Below, piece after piece: positions 54,524 to 60,025 of a stretch of 60,025 nt of DNA; positions within the stretch are counted from its first letter, which is position 1; every line of letters begins with the position of its first letter. The translations under genes were made by a program, and so were the position numbers. Location: positions 325,278-385,302 of the forward strand of contig CM001443.1 in assembly GCA_000246735.1 (NCBI GenBank), read 5' to 3'. Below the pieces are notes generated by a model, which worked only from the letters and a program-made list of their open reading frames with translations, was not told the DNA's origin and searched no databases. The stretch comes from an uncultured Candidatus Poseidoniales archaeon (GTDB lineage: Archaea > Thermoplasmatota > Poseidoniia > Poseidoniales > Poseidoniaceae).

Positions 54524-54933
54524 TCACAATAATCACCGCGTATACTGACTTCTACATTGCTCTCAAGGGTGTACTCCATGCCTTCGATGTCATGGTTAAG
54601 AGAGCCATAGAATTCTTCACTTCCGTCAGGGTAGAATTCTTCATTGCCTTGACCTCCATCCAGCAAGCAGAGGACAGGTACGACTTCTTCTCCATCGCTG
54701 TCGACGATGCTGAGTTCGAGCGTGTCGCAGTCTGCAGGGTGGATGACATAGATGGACACATCCCATGATTTATTTTCTTGAATCGTGAACGTCTGGCTCA
54801 TCGAGCGATCAACGTACACTTCCTCTTTGAAGCCAGCATCACTTAATGCCATTCCAGCAATCACAACGCCGGCAATGCTCCCCACAAAGATTAGGGCGCC
54901 AAGAATGAGGGTGATTTTACTGGCAATGTGCAT
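54385..54933 (-). CDS. Membrane-anchored protein with a small beta-rich ectodomain
   Basis: N-terminal TM ITLILGALIFVGSIAGVVIAGMAL followed by a Cys-containing domain. The C-terminal end of the frame is doubtful. Confidence 0.55.
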   Translation of the reverse strand: MHIASKITLILGALIFVGSIAGVVIAGMALSDAGFKEEVYVDRSMSQTFTIQENKSWDVSIYVIHPADCDTLELSIVDSDGEEVVPVLCLLDGGQGNEEFYPDGSEEFYGSLNHDIEGMEYTLESNVEVSIRGDYCDPCAKKQLAEVSLPEPVASLGSAALSLSLFSASFLPWFLTTPSKTS

Positions 54934-55039
54934 GGTTCACTGAGGAGATGGTTAGTTATCAACATTTAGGGGCACAGAGCCCTAAATTCGTAAGGATGAA
55001 TCGGAGCCATTTTGAACGGCTGACATTCACATCAGCCTG

Positions 55040-56314
55040 ATGACCGAATGGGATGTGGCGGATTTGGCCGGTCCTGATGGTGAAGATTGGCGAGTTCCAG
55101 TCTCAGAGTTAGCGGCACGGCAAGTCGAACTCGGACGTTTGCTATCTGAAGCTGGCGTGGCTGGGGCAATGCTCCAACACCCTGTTGACCTGTATTACTA
55201 TGCAGGCGGTCGTCAGAATGCTTCGATGTTCATCCCAGCGCAAGGTGCGGGGGGCAGCATCGAGGCTGGAGGAAACGGGCCCGTCTTGTTTGTTCGTAGG
55301 TCCCTACAGCGTGCGTTGTTCGAGGGTGGCGACTCAGATTGCCCGCACGAAGTCCTTGTTTTTCCAAGGATGAAGGAATTCTCGGAAGTTCTGAACAAGC
55401 GAGGGGTCATTTCAGCCCCCGGACTTCAGTTCGGAGAAGTTCCCAAGACGTACTCGGATCGATTCGTTAACGCTCTATCCCCTCTTGGAGACTGTCCTGA
55501 TATCACAGGCATCGTTCACGCCCAACGCGAGGTGAAGTCCCTTTGGGAGCAAGAACAGATGAACGCCGCTGCAGATGTACAACTCCGTATGTTCGAAGCG
55601 GTCCAAGCTGTCGGTGGAGAAGGAATCACCGAACTCGAATTGGTTGCTGCAGCAGAGGCTGTGAGTCGCTCTGAAGGCTTTGGTGGCCACATTCACATGC
55701 GACGGTTTCCGCTCCAATGTGACCGCGGCGTCATCGTTGCAGGACGAGCAGGTGGCATCCCTTCATTTTTCGATTCGGCCGTTGGTGGCACAGGCGCCCA
55801 CCCCCTCAACGGAATGGGTTCAGGATTCACTCGAATTAAAGCCAATGAGCCAGTCCTCGTCGATCTTGTTCACGCCCACCGGGGCTACATCGTTGACATG
55901 ACGCGAATGTTCGTAGCAGGCTCACTTGATGCGGCATGGGTCGCTCGGCTCGAGGACATGGTTGCCGTCAAGGACACAGTCGTCGATGTGCTTGACCGTG
56001 GCGGTTTGTGCAGTGAGGCATGGGACGAGGGTTTTGCGCTGGCAGATGAACTCGGTCACGCCTCTCACCTGATGGGCATGGCGCCCGATCAAAGCCGCTT
56101 CCTCGGCCATTCAGTCGGCCTTCAACTCGATGAATCGCCTGTCGTTGCCAAAGGATTTGAACGCCCGTTGCCGATTGGGGCGACGATGGCAATTGAGCCA
56201 AAAGTGGTTCATGCCGAAGGCAGCATTGGGACAGAAGACACATGGATTCGCGATGAGGACGGCATGCGTCCAATCACAGCAGATGGGCTTTGGCCCGCCA
56301 TTACGGAGTGGTAG
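55040..56314 (+). CDS. M24-family metallopeptidase (Xaa-Pro aminopeptidase/creatinase fold)
   Basis: HSVGLQLDESP, GATMAIEPK and IVDMTR (metal-ligand-type motifs), with an N-terminal creatinase-like domain. Confidence 0.8.
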   Translation: MTEWDVADLAGPDGEDWRVPVSELAARQVELGRLLSEAGVAGAMLQHPVDLYYYAGGRQNASMFIPAQGAGGSIEAGGNGPVLFVRRSLQRALFEGGDSDCPHEVLVFPRMKEFSEVLNKRGVISAPGLQFGEVPKTYSDRFVNALSPLGDCPDITGIVHAQREVKSLWEQEQMNAAADVQLRMFEAVQAVGGEGITELELVAAAEAVSRSEGFGGHIHMRRFPLQCDRGVIVAGRAGGIPSFFDSAVGGTGAHPLNGMGSGFTRIKANEPVLVDLVHAHRGYIVDMTRMFVAGSLDAAWVARLEDMVAVKDTVVDVLDRGGLCSEAWDEGFALADELGHASHLMGMAPDQSRFLGHSVGLQLDESPVVAKGFERPLPIGATMAIEPKVVHAEGSIGTEDTWIRDEDGMRPITADGLWPAITEW

Positions 56315-56316
56315 AT

Positions 56317-56583
56317 ATGACTGAACAAGAACAGGTAGACGACGATGTATGTGAGAAACTCGAAGGATGGACTCACGAAGATGTTGGCAAGCGAATTCCA
56401 AAGCGTAGTACGCCGAATGGTACGTATTACAATGAACCAATTGTTGCGGTTTTCTGTCAATTCTGTGGTTCAGAATTCGTCGGACCGAGTCGCGAAGCGG
56501 GCGGTTTTTTGGGCGGTCATGAATGCCTTCACGCTTGGGAAATCTCCCAAGCCATGAGCCGTGAAGATGGGTTAACGGAATGA
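56317..56583 (+). CDS. Small acidic protein with a C2H2-like zinc-binding pattern
   Basis: CQFCGSEF...GGHECLH (CxxC x17 HxxxH). ORF is open from 56290; the ATG is at 56317. Confidence 0.45.
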   Translation: MTEQEQVDDDVCEKLEGWTHEDVGKRIPKRSTPNGTYYNEPIVAVFCQFCGSEFVGPSREAGGFLGGHECLHAWEISQAMSREDGLTE

Positions 56584-56639
56584 AGACCCCATCTTGAACG
56601 ACCATAGTGTTCAATATGCTTCCTCGCTGAGTCGGGGGT

Positions 56640-57428
56640 ATGGCCAAGCCCTACTCTTCGGGACACATCGGTGCAGTCGCATCAAACTACACGGAAATGC
56701 GCCTTGCAGGAGCGGTGAAAGAGCGGCTTGTAGAATTGGTGTGTGAGGAAATCGAACGCCTTGTTCCAGAGATGGAACAAGCAACGTTGGCACAAGACCC
56801 AGATCGGAAAACCCTTGATGATGCAAACAGAACCCGTCTAAATTACAACCGAACTCGGGAACTCATGATTGACCAATTGGGATCCGTTGAGTCTGTTGGT
56901 TCAGCTGCCGTCCAAGCCGGTATTGAACACATTGAGCGTCACATGGCGGCGATGATTAAGCACGCAGAAGCCGCCGCAGAAAAAGACCGAGTTGCAACCA
57001 TCAAGCCCCGTCATCTTGAGATTGCCATCCAAGGCATGGGCCTTGATGAAGAAGGAGACGTCGAGCAAGCAGTCGAAGCGATTCCAACCGAAGATTTCGT
57101 CATCAGTCAAGGCGGCGGGGTGTTAACTGAATCTTCCCTGCTTTCCCTCGCTAAGACACATGCCAAGATGCCGGTGACCCGTGATGCTGTGGAAGAACTG
57201 CTTGAAACCTATTACATGGTGGTTGAGCAACTTGAATCAGATATTCGTAAGCACGCCCAGTTAGGCGGGAATCCTGTTCAATTCATCGAATCTATTGGAC
57301 GAATGAAGACGCTGATGTCCCTCGGTTGGATGCGGGCAATGTTGAGCAAAGCTGCTGAAGCAGCGCGAGAACGAGGCTACAAGCGCATCGACGTTGAACA
57401 GATTGTCCACCTCGACCCTTTCGAATGA
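56640..57428 (+). CDS. Internally duplicated helical protein with histone-fold-like halves
   Basis: The two halves share a pattern. Half 1: MRLAGAVKERLVELVCEEIERL ... AAAEKDRVATIKPRHLEIAIQ. Half 2: KMPVTRDAVEELLETYYMVVEQL ... AARERGYKRIDVEQIVHL. This resembles histone L1-alpha2 ... L2(R-x-T/R-I)-alpha3. Confidence 0.55.
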   Translation: MAKPYSSGHIGAVASNYTEMRLAGAVKERLVELVCEEIERLVPEMEQATLAQDPDRKTLDDANRTRLNYNRTRELMIDQLGSVESVGSAAVQAGIEHIERHMAAMIKHAEAAAEKDRVATIKPRHLEIAIQGMGLDEEGDVEQAVEAIPTEDFVISQGGGVLTESSLLSLAKTHAKMPVTRDAVEELLETYYMVVEQLESDIRKHAQLGGNPVQFIESIGRMKTLMSLGWMRAMLSKAAEAARERGYKRIDVEQIVHLDPFE

Positions 57429-57494
57429 AATTGCAATCGGTCTTCGCCACCGTGTTCTTATACCACCGCTCTTTGGAAAGGCTGAGGAAATAAC

Positions 57495-58022
57495 ATGGAG
57501 AACATGATTGGAAAACCCGCACCAGCCTGGAACGCCCGCACCTACATCAGCGGAGAGAGCGTCAACATTAGCAGCGACGACATGAAGGGTAAGTGGTACC
57601 TCATGTACTGGTACCCATTCGATTTCACATTCATCTGCCCAACCGAGATTGTCGGCTTTGAACAACTCAAGGAAGACTTCCAAGACGACGGCATCACCGT
57701 GATCGGTTGCTCAACCGATTCATGGCATTCCCACAACGCTTGGTTCAAGGATGAAACCATCTTCCCAGGCGGCATCAACCACAACGTCATTGCAGATTGC
57801 ACTCAAGACATCACCCGTGACTTCGGCATGCGAAACGACGCTCTTGGATGCTCATTCCGTGGAACCGTCCTCGTCGATGACGAAGGTAAGGTCCAGATGT
57901 GGTCCATCAACAACATGGACGCAGGACGTTCCCCAGCAGAAGTTCTCCGAACCGCTCAAGCAACCATGGCTGGCGGCCTCTGTGGCGCCAACTGGAAGAA
58001 AGGCGACGACTACGCTGCTTGA
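57495..58022 (+). CDS. Peroxiredoxin (AhpC/Prx1-type 2-Cys)
   Basis: WYPFDFTFICPTEI peroxidatic-Cys motif, plus a resolving Cys near the C-terminus (GGLCGANW). Confidence 0.9.
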   Translation: MENMIGKPAPAWNARTYISGESVNISSDDMKGKWYLMYWYPFDFTFICPTEIVGFEQLKEDFQDDGITVIGCSTDSWHSHNAWFKDETIFPGGINHNVIADCTQDITRDFGMRNDALGCSFRGTVLVDDEGKVQMWSINNMDAGRSPAEVLRTAQATMAGGLCGANWKKGDDYAA

Positions 58023-58055
58023 TTTCCTCGGAACACAATTCACGGAGGTTGAAAC

Positions 58056-58394
58056 ATGCCAGAACTTGAATTGCTCGACCGTGCAACCTGGGAAGATTGC
58101 CTTTCCGCTCCGGTTGCCGTTTTGATGCTCGGAAAAAATGGATGCGCAGCATGCGAGACTTGGACAGAGGATTTGTCTGCTTACCTCGGCAGCGACGAAG
58201 CCCCAGAGCAAGTCCGTTTTGGAAAACTTCTCCTTGACACACCCGGCCTTGGCCGATTCAAAATCGCTCAACCGTGGGTGGCTGAAGTCGATGTACTCCC
58301 TTACAACGTCATCTTCGTGAACGGTGAGCGGGTCAAAGAATGGGCTGGTGGCAACATTGATCGCTTGGTCAACCGATTAAATCGGTACCTGTGA
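58056..58394 (+). CDS. Thioredoxin-fold protein with a CxxC site
   Basis: VLMLGKNGCAACETW and a thioredoxin-like length of 112 aa. Lies 33 nt after the peroxiredoxin gene. Confidence 0.6.
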   Translation: MPELELLDRATWEDCLSAPVAVLMLGKNGCAACETWTEDLSAYLGSDEAPEQVRFGKLLLDTPGLGRFKIAQPWVAEVDVLPYNVIFVNGERVKEWAGGNIDRLVNRLNRYL

Positions 58395-58397
58395 TCC

Positions 58398-59264
58398 ATG
58401 CTTGCTTCCTCAGTCCTTGTCTCAGCACTTTTCGCAGGAATTGTCGCAACATGCGTCACGCTTGCCATCGAAAGGTGGGGCGGTCTTGTGGGTGGCGTGC
58501 TCGGTACCGTACCATCGACCATTGTTCCTGCCGCTGCTGGAATGCACCTTTCCGGGAATGAAGACCAACTGATGGAAAGCATGGCTGTTGTGCCGCTTGG
58601 CATGCTCCTCAATGCACTTTTTCTCGCCGTGTGGGTCGTGCTCCCGTCAAAGATGTCAACCCAACGCCCATTGGTTGCTACCACTGTAGCATCTCTTGTC
58701 GTTTGGGCATGCGCCGGCGTTTTGCTGCTTCTTTTCATTGACCAGATGCTCGGTGCTGGGATGTCCAATTGGGCCGTGGGCGGACTTGGGCTCGTGCTTT
58801 TGATTGCGCTTGCGATTCGGTTTAATTGGGAGCCGAAGGCAGCGCCGAAAGGCAGTCAGCACGTTCGGTGGTCCATCCTTGTAGGAAGAGGATCTGCAGC
58901 AGCCATTGCGATTGGTTGCGCCGTTTGGCTTGCGGGGCAAGGCCAACCTTTGTTGGCAGGTCTTGCCGCCGTGTTCCCTGCCATTTTCTTGACCAGTATG
59001 GTGGCTCTCTGGCTTGCACAAGGGGAAACAGTTCCTCAAGGTGCAGCAGGCCCGATGATGCTTGGTGGCGTGAGTGTGGCCGTTTACGCTCTCATTGTGA
59101 TGTGGTCGATTCCATCGTATGGAATCTTCATCGGTTCCATCATTGCATGGGCTGGTTCAGTCGGCGGATGGTCGATTCCGACGTTCTTTTTGTTGCGTCG
59201 AAGAAGCCTCAACCGTTCACTTCTCGAGTCCAACGCTCAGAAGCAGGCACACCCGTCACCGTGA
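58398..59264 (+). CDS. Integral membrane protein (about 8 TM), unknown function
   Basis: Continuous hydrophobic helices. Lies 3 nt after the thioredoxin-like gene. Confidence 0.6.
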   Translation: MLASSVLVSALFAGIVATCVTLAIERWGGLVGGVLGTVPSTIVPAAAGMHLSGNEDQLMESMAVVPLGMLLNALFLAVWVVLPSKMSTQRPLVATTVASLVVWACAGVLLLLFIDQMLGAGMSNWAVGGLGLVLLIALAIRFNWEPKAAPKGSQHVRWSILVGRGSAAAIAIGCAVWLAGQGQPLLAGLAAVFPAIFLTSMVALWLAQGETVPQGAAGPMMLGGVSVAVYALIVMWSIPSYGIFIGSIIAWAGSVGGWSIPTFFLLRRRSLNRSLLESNAQKQAHPSP

Positions 59265-59517
59265 TTGTCACATTGGTGACTCCTTTGATTGAAGCTGTCT
59301 TTTGGTGCAGTGACCGCAGATCCAGTAAGCAGCATGGGCAGTGCGGTCGAGCAGGTTGAATTGTCATCTCGATGTGACCATCTTGGCCAATCTCGACGGC
59401 CGTCATCGCTTTCGTGGCTGTGTAAGCCACCTCATTGTGCGGATCTTTCCAGCCATTGAGCATCCTCACCACCCTTCTGGACAGGGCTTGATAGTGGCGT
59501 GGCTTCATCGTTGGCAC
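59209..59517 (-). CDS. DUF59/MIP18 (SufT-like) Fe-S cluster assembly domain protein
   Basis: DPHNEV...VEIGQDGHIEMTIQPARPHCPCC...IKGVTNVTITV fits the DUF59 pattern. Its 3' end overlaps the convergent membrane gene by 56 nt. Confidence 0.6.
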   Translation of the reverse strand: MPTMKPRHYQALSRRVVRMLNGWKDPHNEVAYTATKAMTAVEIGQDGHIEMTIQPARPHCPCCLLDLRSLHQKTASIKGVTNVTITVTGVPASERWTREVNG

Positions 59518-59535
59518 CTCGTGTTGTCGATGGGA

Positions 59536-59760
59536 TTAGGGCGCTTCTGTTTGAAGTTCTTGCTCCAACTCATCGAGCCGCAATTCGTTCAATCGACCTT
59601 CAGCAGCGATCAGTTCTGCCTGACAAGTTTTGAGCAAAGCTGCCCCTTCTTCATACATTTTCAAGGTTTCATCCAAGCCCATTCCGCCCCGTTCAAGTGT
59701 GGCGACGATGGCTTCCAATCGTTGTGCTGCTTCGTTGTAGGTCTGTTTGCTTTCTGTCAT
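59536..59760 (-). CDS. xseB: Exodeoxyribonuclease VII small subunit
   Basis: YNEAAQRLEAIVATLERGGMGLDETLKMYEEGAALLKTCQAELIAAEGRL matches the XseB signature. Length is 74 aa. Confidence 0.8.
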   Translation of the reverse strand: MTESKQTYNEAAQRLEAIVATLERGGMGLDETLKMYEEGAALLKTCQAELIAAEGRLNELRLDELEQELQTEAP

Positions 59761-60025
59761 TGTTCTTCCTCCATGGTGTGAATTTGAGTGACGGCAGCCT
59801 CGGCGCTTCCATCGACAAAGTGCAGGCTAAACTCTTGTCCGAGTTCAAGCATTTTTGTGTTGGTAACCACCGTGCCGTCTTTGGTCTGAGTCATTGCATA
59901 GCCGCGTTCAAGGACGCGCTTTGGGTGAATCGTGTGGAGGCTTGCTTCGATGCTCGCTAGGCGGGTCCGCTCGTTTGCAAGTTTACTTTCAGTCGCTCTG
60001 TTGAGTCGCGACTGAAGGGAGAGCA
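59757..60025 (-). CDS. xseA: Exodeoxyribonuclease VII large subunit, C-terminal end (5' part outside the window)
   Basis: The minus frame is open from the window edge: ...LANERTRLASIEASLHTIHPKRVLERGYAMTQTKDGTVVTN...FVDGSAEAAVTQI. Its TGA stop overlaps the xseB ATG (ATGA). Confidence 0.7.
   Translation of the reverse strand, partial: LSLQSRLNRATESKLANERTRLASIEASLHTIHPKRVLERGYAMTQTKDGTVVTNTKMLELGQEFSLHFVDGSAEAAVTQIHTMEEEQ

Overview
Densely coding archaeal chromosomal segment of about 50% GC. Archaeal hallmarks are RadA, FtsZ, archaeal-type phosphoglycerate kinase, a Fap7/AK6-like kinase, a CDP-alcohol phosphatidyltransferase plus archaetidylserine-decarboxylase-like gene, and an initiator tRNA with an A1:U72 pair. 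Gene content and the very large membrane-anchored surface proteins resemble planktonic Marine Group II (Poseidoniales-like) euryarchaeotes; that assignment is inference only. I call about 55 protein genes and 2 tRNAs. I recognised no rRNA, CRISPR array, transposase, integrase or phage gene. Most genes are housekeeping (maeB, icd, pgk, pip, a pABA/folate branch, PduO-type adenosyltransferase, peroxiredoxin). The items that stand out: (1) a 2,785-aa surface giant; (2) a polytopic membrane protein that looks like a degenerate heme-copper-oxidase subunit I fused to two canonical EF-hands; (3) a 1,117-aa helical protein ending in a PIN nuclease domain; (4) an internally duplicated histone-fold-like protein next to a small zinc-finger protein; (5) bacterial-type DNA repair genes (UvrD-type helicase fused to an Fe-S nuclease, and XseAB); (6) an orphan beta-class DNA methyltransferase next to an out-of-phase 47-57 nt tandem repeat; (7) three genes that appear split by single-nucleotide frameshifts. 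All family calls rest on motif recognition by eye. No database search was run, and I could not establish a clearly novel multi-gene system.
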